A DNA stretch of 64,000 bases from Rhodocyclaceae bacterium (GTDB lineage: Bacteria; Pseudomonadota; Gammaproteobacteria; Burkholderiales; Rhodocyclaceae), in NCBI GenBank assembly GCA_016791205.1, contig JAEUNH010000128.1, positions 4,594-68,593 on the forward strand, in the 5' to 3' direction. Below are positions 51,210 to 61,648 of this stretch, piece after piece. Every line of letters starts with the position of its first letter. Position 1 is the first letter of the stretch. The position numbers and the translations under genes were made by a program. The notes below the pieces were generated by a model that worked only from the letters and a program-made list of their open reading frames with translations, searched no databases and was not told the DNA's origin.

Positions 51210-52493
51210 TCAATTCCTCTGACCTGGATCAGATGGGCGATACAGACGCAGGGTTTTGACCATGCGATCCTGGGTCTGCAGGATTTCGATGGCCACTCCT
51301 GCGATTTTCAAGGATACGCCGGTTTCAGGAATATCCTGGAAGTGTTCCAGAATCAGGCCGTTCAGCGTTTTGGGGCCATCCAGCGGAAAAGCCATTCCCA
51401 GGGCCCGATTCAATTCCCGGAGGCTGTGGCTGCCATCCACAAGGCACTGCCCTCCCGCATCCCAGGCGACCTCGACGCCGCTGCCAGGCAAGGTCGTCGT
51501 GAACTTGCCGATCAATTCCTCGATGATGTCCTCCAGGGTCAGCAATCCCAGTATTTCGCCGTACTCGTCGACGACCAGACCGATGCGCTCGCGCTTTTCC
51601 TTGAAGAACTGCAGCTGGGCATAGACAGGCGTGGCGGCGGGGACAAAGTAGGCTTCGGCAAGATGCGAGCGAAGCGACGCCTTGTCGAGGTCCCCCGAAA
51701 GCAGCGGCGACAGCAGGCGCCTTTGATGCAGGATCCCAGCGACATTGCTTAGATCGCCTTCATAGACCGGCAGGCGGGTGTGATAACTGGTGGCGAGCTG
51801 CTGGCGGATGGTATCGATCGCCGCCGTCAGGTCTATGGCCTCGATGGCGCTGCGGGGAATCATGATGTCCTCGACCGTGATGCTTTCCAGATCGAAGAGG
51901 TTGAGCAGGATGGATTGGTGCTGCCCCGGTATGAAATGGCCCGCCTCGAGGACCAGAGTGCGCAACTCCTCGGGAGACAGCTGGGGCACCTCCCCGCCCG
52001 CCTGCGGCTTCAGCCGGGTGAGGACGAGGATCGCCTCGACGAACAGGTTGACGAACCAGACCACCGGCTGAAACAGCCGCAGCAGCGGCGCCAGGAAATA
52101 ACTGACGGTCGGTGCCAGGCGATCGGCGTTGCCGGCGCCGACGACTTTGGGGGTGATCTCCGAGAAGACCAGGATCAGGAACGTCACCACCAGCGTACCC
52201 GCACCGAGGGCCCATTCTTCTTCGCCGAAGAGCTGGATGGCGATGATGCTGACCAGGGTGGCGGCCGCGGCATTGATCAGGTTGTTGAAGAGCAGAATGA
52301 CCCCGAGCAGTTTGTCGGTGCGCGACAGCAGGTCGAGTGCCAGTCGGGCGCCACGATGCCCTGCCTGGGCAAGATGCCTGAGCCGGTAGCGGTTGGCCGC
52401 CATCATGGCGGTTTCGGCCAGGGAAAAAAAGCCGGAAATGACAAGCAGGCAGGCCAGCAGGACAAACTGGGCCGAAACGGGAACGTCGATCAA
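51210..52493 (-). CDS. HlyC/CorC (CNNM + CBS) transporter
   Basis: SGFFSLAETAM, FSEITPK, VVDEYGE, TLNGLILE. Confidence 0.92.
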   Translation of the reverse strand: MIDVPVSAQFVLLACLLVISGFFSLAETAMMAANRYRLRHLAQAGHRGARLALDLLSRTDKLLGVILLFNNLINAAAATLVSIIAIQLFGEEEWALGAGTLVVTFLILVFSEITPKVVGAGNADRLAPTVSYFLAPLLRLFQPVVWFVNLFVEAILVLTRLKPQAGGEVPQLSPEELRTLVLEAGHFIPGQHQSILLNLFDLESITVEDIMIPRSAIEAIDLTAAIDTIRQQLATSYHTRLPVYEGDLSNVAGILHQRRLLSPLLSGDLDKASLRSHLAEAYFVPAATPVYAQLQFFKEKRERIGLVVDEYGEILGLLTLEDIIEELIGKFTTTLPGSGVEVAWDAGGQCLVDGSHSLRELNRALGMAFPLDGPKTLNGLILEHFQDIPETGVSLKIAGVAIEILQTQDRMVKTLRLYRPSDPGQRN

Positions 52494-52546
52494 GCGGGGC
52501 GTTCAGTCAATGCGATGCCCCAGTATCGCGGCGGGGTGGGACGCTG

Positions 52547-53374
52547 TCAACCGAGTCGGCCGAGGATGACTTCCAGGACAAAACGGCTGCCGACATAGGC
52601 CAGCAGCAACGTTGCGAAACCGGCCATGGTCCAACGCAGGGCCTTGCGTCCGCGCCAGCCCCAGACATGACGTCCGATCAGCAGCGTTGCGAAAATCAGC
52701 CACGACAGAACCGAAAAAAGCGTCTTGTGGTTCAGCGTCAGGGCCTTGCCGAAGACCGTTTCCGAGAAGGCGAATCCTGAAACGAGGGTCAGTGTCAGAA
52801 GGGTGAAGGCGATCGCCACCAGACGGAACAGCAGTGCCTCCATGGTCAGCAGCGGAGGCAGGCTGGCGAGCGGCCGGGTCAGTTCGCCGCGGTGCAGGCG
52901 CCGCTCGGCGAAGGCCATGATGATGGCGTGCAAGGCGGCCAGGGTGAACAGGCTATAGGCCACCATGGCGATGAAAAAGTGAAGGCGAAACAGCAAGGAG
53001 GTCACGTTGGTAACGAGATGCTGGCCCGGGAACAGGGCGGGCAACAGCGCGCAGGCGGCCGCCAGCGGCAGGACCAGTGGCTGCAGGCCTTCCAGTCGGG
53101 CGTGGAAACTCTCCACCCAATAGATCAGCACGGCAAGCCATAACATCAGCGACAGCGCCGAAGAGAAGCCGAAGCGCATGACGCCGTCGCCGAAGAGTTC
53201 TCCGTACAACACATGGCCGTGCATGAGCAAGGCGATGGCCAGGGCGCCCCTTTCCCAGATGTGTATTCCCTGGACCGGCCTGGCTACGGGTTGCGCCCAT
53301 CGCGTGCGCCAGAAGTGAAAACCGAGGAAGGCGTACAGCGAGGCGGGAAGCAGATGCGGTAAAATCCCTTGCAT
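52547..53374 (-). CDS. CcsA/YpjD-family inner membrane protein
   Basis: Multi-TM, LPPLLTME, HKTLFS, GWRG, LAYVGSRFVLE; divergent from ffh. Confidence 0.88.
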   Translation of the reverse strand: MQGILPHLLPASLYAFLGFHFWRTRWAQPVARPVQGIHIWERGALAIALLMHGHVLYGELFGDGVMRFGFSSALSLMLWLAVLIYWVESFHARLEGLQPLVLPLAAACALLPALFPGQHLVTNVTSLLFRLHFFIAMVAYSLFTLAALHAIIMAFAERRLHRGELTRPLASLPPLLTMEALLFRLVAIAFTLLTLTLVSGFAFSETVFGKALTLNHKTLFSVLSWLIFATLLIGRHVWGWRGRKALRWTMAGFATLLLAYVGSRFVLEVILGRLG

Positions 53375-53413
53375 CTCGCAAGTCTACCTTCTTCCCGGAG
53401 CATTCGGAACATC

Positions 53414-54769
53414 ATGCTGGACACGCTTACCCAACGTCTGTCACGTGTCGTCAAGAACCTGCGTGGCCAGGCCAGGCTGACCGAGGACAACATTGCCGAA
53501 GCGCTGCGGGAAGTGAGAATGGCCCTGTTGGAGGCCGATGTCGCGCTGCCGGTGGTCCGAGATCTGATCGCCCGCATAAAAGAGAAGGCGGTTGGCCAGG
53601 AAGTGATCGGCAGCCTGACCCCCGGACAGGCACTGGTGGGGGTGGTGCACCGGGAGCTCGCGGAATTGATGGGCGGGGCCCACAGCGGTCTCAATCTGGC
53701 CGTTCAGCCTCCGGCGGTAGTGCTGATGGCCGGCCTGCAGGGCGCCGGCAAAACGACCACCACTGGCAAGCTCGGCAAGCTCCTGCGGGAGCGCATGAAG
53801 AAGAAGGTGCTGGCCGTCAGCGCCGACGTCTACCGGCCTGCCGCCATCCAGCAGCTGAAGCAGGTTTCCGAGCAGGCCGGCATCGATTTCTTCCCCACCC
53901 AGGCCAGCGACAAGCCGGCGCTGATTGCCGCGTCGGCGCTCGATTTCGCCAGGAAGCACTATTACGACGTGGTGTTGTTCGATACCGCCGGCCGTTTGGC
54001 GATCGACGAGGCCATGATGCGCGAGGTAGCCGAGCTGCATGAGGCGCTGCAGCCGGTCGAGACCCTTTTCGTGGTGGATGCCATGCTGGGCCAGGATGCC
54101 GTGAATACGGCGCGGGCGTTCAACGATGCCCTGCCACTGACCGGCGTCGTTCTCACCAAGCTGGATGGCGATGCGCGGGGCGGCGCGGCGCTTTCCGTGC
54201 GTCATGTCACCGGCAAGCCGCTGAAATTCGCCGGGGTGGGCGAGAAGCTGAACGGGCTGGAGGAATTCCACCCCGAACGCATGGCTTCACGCATTCTCGG
54301 CATGGGCGACGTCCTTGGCTTGATCGAGGATGCCCAGCGCGGCGTCGACCAGGAGAAAGCCCAGGCCTTCGCCAAGAAACTCAAAGCCGGCAAGGGCTTC
54401 GACCTGAGCGACTTCAAGGAACAGATCGGCCAGATGCGCAAGATGGGCGGCTTGTCTGGATTGCTGGACAAGTTGCCGGCCCAGTTCGCCCAGGCCGCCC
54501 AGCAAGCCGGATCACAGGTCGAGGACAAGGCGGTGCGCCGCCTTGAAGGAATCATTGATTCCATGACTCCCGCGGAGCGGATCCGGCCCGAGCTGATCAA
54601 GGCGTCGCGCAAGCGCCGCATCGCCGCCGGTGCGGGAGTTTCCGTTCAGGAAGTCAACCGCCTGCTGAACCAGTTCGATCAGACCCAGAAGATGATGAAG
54701 CAGTTTTCCAAGGGCGGCATGCAGAAGATGATGCGGGGAATGAAGGGGATGCTGCCGGGGATGCATTGA
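53414..54769 (+). CDS. ffh: Signal recognition particle protein
   Basis: GLQGAGKTT, DTAGR, TKLDGDARGG, Met-rich M domain. Confidence 0.98.
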   Translation: MLDTLTQRLSRVVKNLRGQARLTEDNIAEALREVRMALLEADVALPVVRDLIARIKEKAVGQEVIGSLTPGQALVGVVHRELAELMGGAHSGLNLAVQPPAVVLMAGLQGAGKTTTTGKLGKLLRERMKKKVLAVSADVYRPAAIQQLKQVSEQAGIDFFPTQASDKPALIAASALDFARKHYYDVVLFDTAGRLAIDEAMMREVAELHEALQPVETLFVVDAMLGQDAVNTARAFNDALPLTGVVLTKLDGDARGGAALSVRHVTGKPLKFAGVGEKLNGLEEFHPERMASRILGMGDVLGLIEDAQRGVDQEKAQAFAKKLKAGKGFDLSDFKEQIGQMRKMGGLSGLLDKLPAQFAQAAQQAGSQVEDKAVRRLEGIIDSMTPAERIRPELIKASRKRRIAAGAGVSVQEVNRLLNQFDQTQKMMKQFSKGGMQKMMRGMKGMLPGMH

Positions 54770-54805
54770 TTCGCTTGCCCTCCTCAACGGGCCTCCCCCG
54801 GGGCT

Positions 54806-55411
54806 CTATCGACTGGGCGCGCGTCCCGGCACGTAATGCCACTGCCTTTCCCAGGATGCGCGCACGGCATCCGGGTACTCGGCTCTGCCCAGACTGCCGT
54901 TGTAGCGGCCCAGCGCCCGAAACAGATCCCCCTTCTCGATATCCAGGTAATGCTTGAGGATGGTGCAGCCATAGCGCAGATTCATGCGCAGATGGAACAG
55001 GTTGTCGTTCCGGCTGCCGATCAGCTTGACCCAGAAGGGCATGACCTGCATGTAGCCGCGCGCCCCGGCCGAGGAGACCGCATACTTCTTGAAGCCGCTT
55101 TCAACCTGGATGAGCCCCAGCACCAGTTGCGGGTCGAGCCCGGCACGGGTCGCCTCGTAATGCACTGCGCGCAGGAATTCGAGTCGCTGCTCCTGGTTGG
55201 GCATGCGCTTGGCCAGCCGTTTCGACATGTCCTCCAGCCAGTTCACCGCCTCGACCGGACTGCGAAACGAGCTTGTTGGCGGCTTGCGGTCCGCGATGGC
55301 GGCATGCAGTGCTGCCTGGACACTGGCGGCCAGCGGCTCGTATTTTTGCGTGCCGGCCGCTGCCTTGTCTGCGACAAGCAACAAAAGGCAGAAAACGAAA
55401 GCCCGGCTCAC
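54806..55411 (-). CDS. SLT-domain lytic transglycosylase
   Basis: IQVESGF, GYMQVM, NLRYG, RYNG. Confidence 0.9.
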   Translation of the reverse strand: MSRAFVFCLLLLVADKAAAGTQKYEPLAASVQAALHAAIADRKPPTSSFRSPVEAVNWLEDMSKRLAKRMPNQEQRLEFLRAVHYEATRAGLDPQLVLGLIQVESGFKKYAVSSAGARGYMQVMPFWVKLIGSRNDNLFHLRMNLRYGCTILKHYLDIEKGDLFRALGRYNGSLGRAEYPDAVRASWERQWHYVPGRAPSR

Positions 55412-57120
55412 GCGCCTAGACGCTCGCGCATGAAGGTTCCGATTTCGGTTAGAGGCACCTTGATCGCGGCGGAGTCGCGCCGCTCCTGATATTCCACCGT
55501 GCCTTCCTTGAGTCCGCGCTCGCCGATAGTGACGCGGTGCGGTACCCCGATCAATTCCAGATCGGCGAACATCACGCCGGGACGCTCGTCCCGGTCATCG
55601 ATCAGCACATCGACGCCGGCCTTTCGCAACTCGTCGTAAAGGGCTTGTGCGGCGTCCTGCACAGACCGACTTTTACCGTAACCGATGGGGGCAATGGCGA
55701 CCTCGAAGGGCGCGATGGCGCGCGGGAAAATGATGCCGCGCTCATCGTGGTTCTGCTCGATAGCGGCACCCACGATGCGCGTGACGCCGATGCCATAGCA
55801 ACCCATTTCCATGATGCGCGGCTGGCCCGATTCGTCGAGAAAGGTGGCCTTCATGGCCTCCGAATACTTGGTGCGCAGCTGGAAAATGTGTCCCACCTCG
55901 ATGCCTCGGCAGATCGACAAGCGGCCCTTGCCATCGGGGCTGGGATCGCCTTCGACGACGTTGCGGATGTCGAGCACGTAGTCCGGTTCGCGTAGATCGC
56001 GCCCCCAGTTCACTCCCGTCAGGTGGTATCCCGCCTCGTTGGCGCCGCAGACGAAATCGCTCATTTGCGCAACCGTGCGGTCGGCGACGACAGGAATGCC
56101 TTCGCCGATGCCTACAGGGCCGATGTAACCCGGGCGACAGCCGAGAAAGCGTTCGATCTCTTCGTCGGTGGCGAAACGAAAGGGATTGAGAAAGGGCTGT
56201 TTGCCCGCCTTGATTTCATTGAGGGTGTGGTCGCCGCGAATGAGGAGCAGGAGAAACTGCTCGTCGTGCATGACGGCGATGGCCTTCACAGTCGAGGCGA
56301 GCGGCAGCTTGAGCAGGGCGGCCACGTCCTCGCAGCGGGTCTTGCCGGGGGTGGCGACCTTCTTCATCTGCTCGGCATGGCCATCGCGGGGCGTGGCCGG
56401 TGCCAGGCCTTCCGCCAGTTCGACGTTGGCGGCGTAGTCGGAATCCGGGCAGAAGGCTATGGCGTCCTCGCCGGAATCGGCAAGGACATGGAACTCGTGA
56501 GATCCGGTGCCGCCGATCGATCCCGTGTCGGCTGCGACAGCCCTGAACCTGAGCCCCAGACGGGTGAAGATGCGGGTGTAGGTCTCATGCATATTCCGGT
56601 ATTCGCGCTGCAGGTCCTCGTAGTTGGCGTGAAAGGAATAGCCGTCCTTCATGAGGAATTCGCGGCCGCGCATGACGCCAAAGCGCGGACGGATCTCGTC
56701 GCGGAACTTGGCCTGGATCTGGTAGAGATGCAAGGGCAACTGGCGGTAGCTCCTGATCTCCCGACGGACGACATCGGTGATGACCTCCTCGTGGGTGGGA
56801 CCGATGACGAAGTCGCGCTGGTGGCGATCCTGGATGCGCAGGAGTTCCGGGCCGTACATCTCCCAGCGGCCGGTTTCCTGCCACAGCTCGGCGGGAATGA
56901 CGGCCGGCATCAGCAGTTCTATCGCGCCGGCCCGATCCATCTCCTCGCGAATGATGTTCTCGACCTTGCGCAGGATGCGCAAGCCGAGCGGCATCCAGGT
57001 ATAAATGCCGCCCGCCAGCCGTTTGATCAAGCCCGCGCGCAGCATGAGTCGGTGGCTGATGATCTCCGCGTCGGCGGGTGCTTCCTTGAGCGTGGCGATG
57101 AAGAATTGCGAGGCGCGCAT
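55408..57120 (-). CDS. proS: Proline-tRNA ligase
   Basis: [34 protein letters not shown]. Confidence 0.98.
   Translation of the reverse strand: MRASQFFIATLKEAPADAEIISHRLMLRAGLIKRLAGGIYTWMPLGLRILRKVENIIREEMDRAGAIELLMPAVIPAELWQETGRWEMYGPELLRIQDRHQRDFVIGPTHEEVITDVVRREIRSYRQLPLHLYQIQAKFRDEIRPRFGVMRGREFLMKDGYSFHANYEDLQREYRNMHETYTRIFTRLGLRFRAVAADTGSIGGTGSHEFHVLADSGEDAIAFCPDSDYAANVELAEGLAPATPRDGHAEQMKKVATPGKTRCEDVAALLKLPLASTVKAIAVMHDEQFLLLLIRGDHTLNEIKAGKQPFLNPFRFATDEEIERFLGCRPGYIGPVGIGEGIPVVADRTVAQMSDFVCGANEAGYHLTGVNWGRDLREPDYVLDIRNVVEGDPSPDGKGRLSICRGIEVGHIFQLRTKYSEAMKATFLDESGQPRIMEMGCYGIGVTRIVGAAIEQNHDERGIIFPRAIAPFEVAIAPIGYGKSRSVQDAAQALYDELRKAGVDVLIDDRDERPGVMFADLELIGVPHRVTIGERGLKEGTVEYQERRDSAAIKVPLTEIGTFMRERLGA
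55650..55674 (+). repeat. Dispersed 25-bp motif, copy 9 (CGGCGTCCTGCACAGACCGACTTTT)
   Basis: Inside proS, read as KSRSVQDA on the coding strand; 1 mismatch. Confidence 0.87.
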
Positions 57121-57252
57121 GGTCGTAATGTCGTGAAAGATTGGAATTTTACCGCAGTCGGCCGGGCCGCAATCGGCAGAGCGCGGATCTCCTTTCAATC
57201 GCCGGTGAATTGTGAAAAAATGAACCCAGTTCAATTTTGATGAGTAGCAGAC

Positions 57253-57810
57253 ATGCTCGATCGCGAAGGCTTTCGCCCGAACGTCGGCATCATCCTGGTC
57301 AACGGCAAGAACGAGGTTTTTTGGGGCAAGCGCATTCGAGAGCATTCCTGGCAGTTCCCGCAGGGCGGTATCAAGCACGGCGAATCGCCCGAGCAGGCGA
57401 TGTTTCGGGAATTGCAGGAGGAAACTGGCCTGCACAGAGGGCATGTCAGGATTCTCGGCCGCACCCGCGACTGGCTGCGCTATGAAGTGCCGAAGCAGTG
57501 GATTCGGCGAGAATGGCGCAACACCTATCGCGGCCAAAAGCAGATCTGGTTCATGCTGCGCCTGATCGGAAGGGATACCGACGTATCTTTGCGCGCAAGC
57601 GACCACCCCGAATTCGACGCCTGGCGCTGGAGCGACTACTGGGTGCCGCTGGATGCCGTGATCGAGTTCAAGCGCGCCGTCTATCAGCAGGCGCTGACCG
57701 AATTATCCCGGTTCGTGTTCCGTCACCCGGCGGATCGGCAGCCCAAATGGGACCTGCCGGTCGATGTCACGCCGCCTTCGCCCCTGGGTTTAGCCGATTC
57801 AGGCGGCTAA
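57253..57810 (+). CDS. rppH: RNA pyrophosphohydrolase
   Basis: [29 protein letters not shown]. Confidence 0.96.
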   Translation: MLDREGFRPNVGIILVNGKNEVFWGKRIREHSWQFPQGGIKHGESPEQAMFRELQEETGLHRGHVRILGRTRDWLRYEVPKQWIRREWRNTYRGQKQIWFMLRLIGRDTDVSLRASDHPEFDAWRWSDYWVPLDAVIEFKRAVYQQALTELSRFVFRHPADRQPKWDLPVDVTPPSPLGLADSGG

Positions 57811-57927
57811 TGGGTTGATCCGCAGGTTCCATTTTCACTTTTCATTTGTTGTGACGAGAATGAATAAAGGCGCCCAAAGAGTCGCGCATCATGCGGCCTG
57901 GGCCGCGTCACATCAAAGGAGGCGAAC

Positions 57928-58524
57928 ATGGTTCGTGAGCAATATAAAGCCCTGCCACAGGCGAGGCTGGAGCAATGCGCCAGCTATTTTCAGGTAGAAG
58001 CCCCGCCCTTGCGCAGCGTGCTTCTGGATTCACCGGCCCTTGAGGTCATGACTGACCTCAAAAGGGTGCAGGCCGTAACCATCGGGCCGGACGCCACCCT
58101 CGCGGCTGTCAGTCGGGCCATGCTCCGCAATACCGTTCGATCCCTGCTGGTTGCCGACGAGAAACGCTGCATCCTCGGCATCATCACCTCGACCGACCTC
58201 CTCGGCGAAAAGCCCATGCATATCGTTGGGGAACGAGGCGTGAGATATGAGGAGGTGTTGGCGCGCGACATCATGACCCCTCGCGAGCGGCTTGAGGCGA
58301 TCACCTTTCGGGCCGTACAAAATGCCGAGGTGGGTCACGTGGTGGCCACGCTCAAGGAGACCGGACGTCAGCATGCCCTGGTAATCGATGAAGACGATTT
58401 TGGGCGGCAGATGATAAGGGGGATTTTTTCCGTCTCCCGGATATCGCGACAGTTGGGCACCCTGATCAATGCCACCCAGATAGCAACCACCTTTGCCGAG
58501 ATCGAGGCGGCCATCGCCCACTGA
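57928..58524 (+). CDS. CBS-domain protein
   Basis: Strong RBS (AAAGGAGG); two CBS-like repeats (GIITSTDL, DIMTP, GIFS). Confidence 0.85.
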   Translation: MVREQYKALPQARLEQCASYFQVEAPPLRSVLLDSPALEVMTDLKRVQAVTIGPDATLAAVSRAMLRNTVRSLLVADEKRCILGIITSTDLLGEKPMHIVGERGVRYEEVLARDIMTPRERLEAITFRAVQNAEVGHVVATLKETGRQHALVIDEDDFGRQMIRGIFSVSRISRQLGTLINATQIATTFAEIEAAIAH

Positions 58525-58613
58525 ACCAATTGGCTCGGTCGTGCGGTGTATCATCGACGGATGTTTCGGCGAGCGGGAAATCCCCAACTCGTGATTTTGC
58601 GGAGACGGTGCCG

Positions 58614-59138
58614 ATGGAGGCGAGAAAGCTGTTGTTGGCTGCGGGGCTGTCGGCGCTGGCAGGGGTCGCCGGCGCGCAGCAGTTCTACGGCGACAAGAAA
58701 TACGGCGAGTTTTACGAAGAAGAGAAGAGATGGACCGAGGCAGAGAGCAAGCTGCCCGAGTTTCCCTCCGAGCAGAATCTCATTGAATTCGATGCCGGCG
58801 CAGCCAGCCGAAATCGTTACTATGTTGACGGCCCGTCCTTGAACGCAGGCGAGGATGGCGTGGTGCGCTATGTGCTGGTCGCAGTAGCCTCGGGGGGCGC
58901 CCGAAACCTTAGCTTCGAGGGGATTCGTTGCAGCACCCGTGAGCGCAAGCTTTATGCCTTCGGACGTCCTGACAACACCTGGAGCAAGGCGCGCAATCCC
59001 GAGTGGCAATCGATCCGCCACGGAAGCTATCAGGCGGTACTGTCCAAGGAATATTTCTGTCCCGGGGGCGCTGCCATATTCAAGGCCGAAGAGGGAATTT
59101 CCGCCCTCAGGAGTGGCGGTCATCCGCAGGCAAAGTAA
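58614..59138 (+). CDS. CNP1-like exported protein
   Basis: Signal peptide; DGVVRY, GARNLSFEGIRC. Confidence 0.82.
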   Translation: MEARKLLLAAGLSALAGVAGAQQFYGDKKYGEFYEEEKRWTEAESKLPEFPSEQNLIEFDAGAASRNRYYVDGPSLNAGEDGVVRYVLVAVASGGARNLSFEGIRCSTRERKLYAFGRPDNTWSKARNPEWQSIRHGSYQAVLSKEYFCPGGAAIFKAEEGISALRSGGHPQAK

Positions 59139-59143
59139 CCGCC

Positions 59144-59764
59144 ATGTTTGATGGGCTGATCCTCGAGTTCGACAGGGGGCTGCGTACGATATACGGGGGG
59201 AATCGCAGCAAACGCATCATGCCAGGTGACGGACTGGTGGAACCTGTTCTCGACGAGACCGAAAAGCGGCACATGGCAGGATTGATGCGGGTGAATCATT
59301 GCGGTGAAGTGTGCGCTCAGGCGTTGTATCAGGGACAGGCGCTTGTCTCGACTAATCCCACGGTGCAGACAGTCTTGCGGCGGGCAGCCGACGAGGAAGC
59401 CGACCATCTGGCGTGGACGCATCGTCGGCTGACCGAGTTGGGCGGACGCGCCAGCCTGCTCAATCCCTTCTGGTATGCGGGAGCCCTTGCAATGGGAATG
59501 ATTGCCGGCAGCCTTGGGGACGAGTGGAATCTGGGTTTTCTGGCTGAGACTGAGAGACAGGTCGAGGCGCACCTCGATGATCATTTGCGCCGCCTGCCAA
59601 TGGCTGACAGCAAGTCCCTGGCACTGATCGAACGCATGAGACAGGATGAAATCGGCCATGCACATGCTGCGGAAGGCCTGGGGGCCATGGAACTGCCGCT
59701 GGTCGTCAGGATGGCAATGCGGCTGTCGTCGAAAATGATGACAGGCCTGTCCTATCGGATTTGA
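59144..59764 (+). CDS. coq7: Demethoxyubiquinone hydroxylase
   Basis: MRVNHCGEVCAQALY, EADH, ETERQV..HL, DEIGH di-iron ligands. Confidence 0.95.
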   Translation: MFDGLILEFDRGLRTIYGGNRSKRIMPGDGLVEPVLDETEKRHMAGLMRVNHCGEVCAQALYQGQALVSTNPTVQTVLRRAADEEADHLAWTHRRLTELGGRASLLNPFWYAGALAMGMIAGSLGDEWNLGFLAETERQVEAHLDDHLRRLPMADSKSLALIERMRQDEIGHAHAAEGLGAMELPLVVRMAMRLSSKMMTGLSYRI

Positions 59765-59773
59765 CGTCCCCCT

Positions 59774-60196
59774 TTAGACCTCGACGATTTCCCAGTCGTG
59801 CGTGATGGTTGCCGTCTTGCCCAGCATGATGGAAGCGGAACAGTATTTCTCCGCGGAGAGGTGAATGGCCCGCTCGACCACTTCCGGCTTGAGGTTTTTG
59901 CCCTTGACCGTGAAATGAAAATGAATACGCGTAAACACCTTTGGATCCGTTTCAGCCCGCTCGGCCTTCAGGCCAACATCGCACGCGGATACTTCCTGAC
60001 GGCCTTTTTTTAGGATCATCACCACATCGTAGGCCGTGCAGCCTCCGGTTCCGGCAAGAACCATTTCCATGGGCCTGGGTGCAAGATTGTTGCCGCCACC
60101 TTCCAGCGCGCCGTCCATAACGGCCATGTGACCGCTTCCCGTGCGCGCAACGAAGGCCATGCCTTCTTCAGCCAGCCATCGGATAGTGCATTCCAT
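59774..60196 (-). CDS. OsmC-family protein (YhfA-like)
   Basis: PRPMEMVL.G.GGC, SAEKYCSAS. Confidence 0.92.
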   Translation of the reverse strand: MECTIRWLAEEGMAFVARTGSGHMAVMDGALEGGGNNLAPRPMEMVLAGTGGCTAYDVVMILKKGRQEVSACDVGLKAERAETDPKVFTRIHFHFTVKGKNLKPEVVERAIHLSAEKYCSASIMLGKTATITHDWEIVEV

Positions 60197-60448
60197 TTTT
60201 GCAACTCGTTCGGATTGATGTTGATTGGCGAAATATTAGCCGATCGCCCCTATTTCGAAAGCCATCAACCCTCAAATGAAAATGGTGCTTTGCGGAAAAC
60301 AGATGGCATAGAGGTTAAAAATGGGATATTTGCGTAAATCAAACAAACGGCTGACAATTATATTAACCTTTCAAAACAAATTGTTAATGCTATTTCATTA
60401 GCCCTATGTGCCTATAAAGAGATTCTGGAGCGGAAGGCTTTGTTTTTC

Positions 60449-60477
60449 TTGCGCCGCACAAAAATAGTTGCCATAAT
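60449..60477 (+). promoter_or_regulatory. Sigma70-type promoter for the candidate sRNA
   Basis: TTGCGC-17 bp-CATAAT. Confidence 0.55.
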
Positions 60478-60483
60478 CTTCCC

Positions 60484-60581
60484 CGTTGAACCTTGCGACA
60501 TCGCATCGTTCCCGATTTTGTCTCCTCCACCCTCCTCCTTTGGTGTGGATTTAGCGCGATCCCCCGGGATCGCGCTTTTTT
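60484..60581 (+). ncRNA. Candidate sRNA resembling the Betaproteobacteria toxic sRNA family
   Basis: GTCTCCTCCACCCTCCTCCTTTGGTGTGGAT core then strong terminator AGCGCGATCCC/GGGATCGCGCT plus T-run. Confidence 0.75.
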
Positions 60582-60640
60582 ATCATGTACAGAACGGCAA
60601 TATGTCCTGCCGGGCAGATTGGTGTGCCTGTATTGCTGGT

Positions 60641-60670
60641 TTGACATACGAATCGGAACTGCAATACAAT
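60641..60670 (+). promoter_or_regulatory. Sigma70 promoter of rplM-rpsI
   Basis: TTGACA-18 bp-TACAAT with GC-rich discriminator. Confidence 0.75.
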
Positions 60671-60714
60671 GCGCGGCTTTCCGCAATACGCATGAAAAGC
60701 CGTAGAGGAAACCC

Positions 60715-61143
60715 ATGAGAACATTTTCCGCCAAGCCGCAGGAAGTCAAGCGCGACTGGTTCGTTGTCGATGCGAAGGACAAGATCCTCGGCCGGCTGGC
60801 TACTGAGATCGCACGCCGTCTGCGCGGCAAGCACAAGCCCGAATATACGCCGCATGTGGATACCGGGGACTTCATTGTAGTCGTGAACGTGGACAAGTTG
60901 CGCGTCACCGGGGCGAAGGCCGAGCAGAAGGTTTACCATCGGCATTCCGGCTACCCTGGCGGAATCTATGAGGACACCTTTACCAAATTGCAACAGCGGG
61001 CGCCCGCGCGCGTGCTCGAGAAGGCGGTCAAGGGGATGTTGCCCAAAGGACCGCTTGGTTACGCCATGATCAAAAAATTGAAGGTTTATGCTGGCGGCGC
61101 CCATCCGCATGTTGCCCAGCAGCCCAAGTCGCTGGAGATCTAA
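60715..61143 (+). CDS. rplM: 50S ribosomal protein L13
   Basis: [32 protein letters not shown]. Confidence 0.99.
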   Translation: MRTFSAKPQEVKRDWFVVDAKDKILGRLATEIARRLRGKHKPEYTPHVDTGDFIVVVNVDKLRVTGAKAEQKVYHRHSGYPGGIYEDTFTKLQQRAPARVLEKAVKGMLPKGPLGYAMIKKLKVYAGGAHPHVAQQPKSLEI

Positions 61144-61146
61144 GAA

Positions 61147-61539
61147 ATGGCTGTGAATTTTTATTACGGCACTGGTCGACGCAAGACCGCAGTGGCCCGT
61201 GTGTTCATGAGGGCTGGCAGCGGGAAGGTGGTTGTCAATGACAAGCCGATCGACGAGTTCTTCTCGCGAGAAACCGGCCGGATGGTGGTGCTTCAGCCCC
61301 TTGAATTGACCCAGCACGTCGGCACCTTCGACATTTTGGTGAATGTCAGCGGTGGCGGCGAATCGGGACAAGCCGGTGCAGTGCGTCACGGCATTACCCG
61401 GGCGCTTATCGAATACGATGCAGCCCTCAAGCCAGTATTGTCCAAGGCAGGATTCGTTACCCGCGACGCCCGCGAGGTCGAGCGCAAGAAAGTCGGCCTG
61501 CATAAGGCGCGCCGTCGCAAGCAGTTCTCCAAACGCTAA
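61147..61539 (+). CDS. rpsI: 30S ribosomal protein S9
   Basis: [23 protein letters not shown]...QFSKR. Confidence 0.99.
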   Translation: MAVNFYYGTGRRKTAVARVFMRAGSGKVVVNDKPIDEFFSRETGRMVVLQPLELTQHVGTFDILVNVSGGGESGQAGAVRHGITRALIEYDAALKPVLSKAGFVTRDAREVERKKVGLHKARRRKQFSKR

Positions 61540-61556
61540 CAGCGTCAAGAGCAAGC

Positions 61557-61580
61557 AAGCCGCCGCAAGGCGGCTTTTTT
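61557..61580 (+). terminator. Intrinsic terminator after rpsI
   Basis: AAGCCGCC-GCAA-GGCGGCTT plus T-run. Confidence 0.88.
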
Positions 61581-61648
61581 GTCTGGGCCGATTCATTGCC
61601 TGATCGGCAACGCGTGGATTAACATTGACCTTTGCTGTGGAGACTTGA

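Noticed and set aside
57811-57927. Short inverted repeats (TGTGACG/CGTCACA, GCGGCC/GGCCGC) before the CBS gene
   Set aside because: No recognisable riboswitch core or terminator; too short to support a call.
60197-60448. AT-rich intergenic stretch as foreign DNA or a small ORF
   Set aside because: No convincing ORF, repeats or mobility genes; best explained as divergent promoter DNA.
61488-61512. GAAAGTCGGCCTG in rpsI, partly like the reverse 25-bp motif
   Set aside because: Lacks the ACGGCG box and is explained by the conserved KKVGL peptide.
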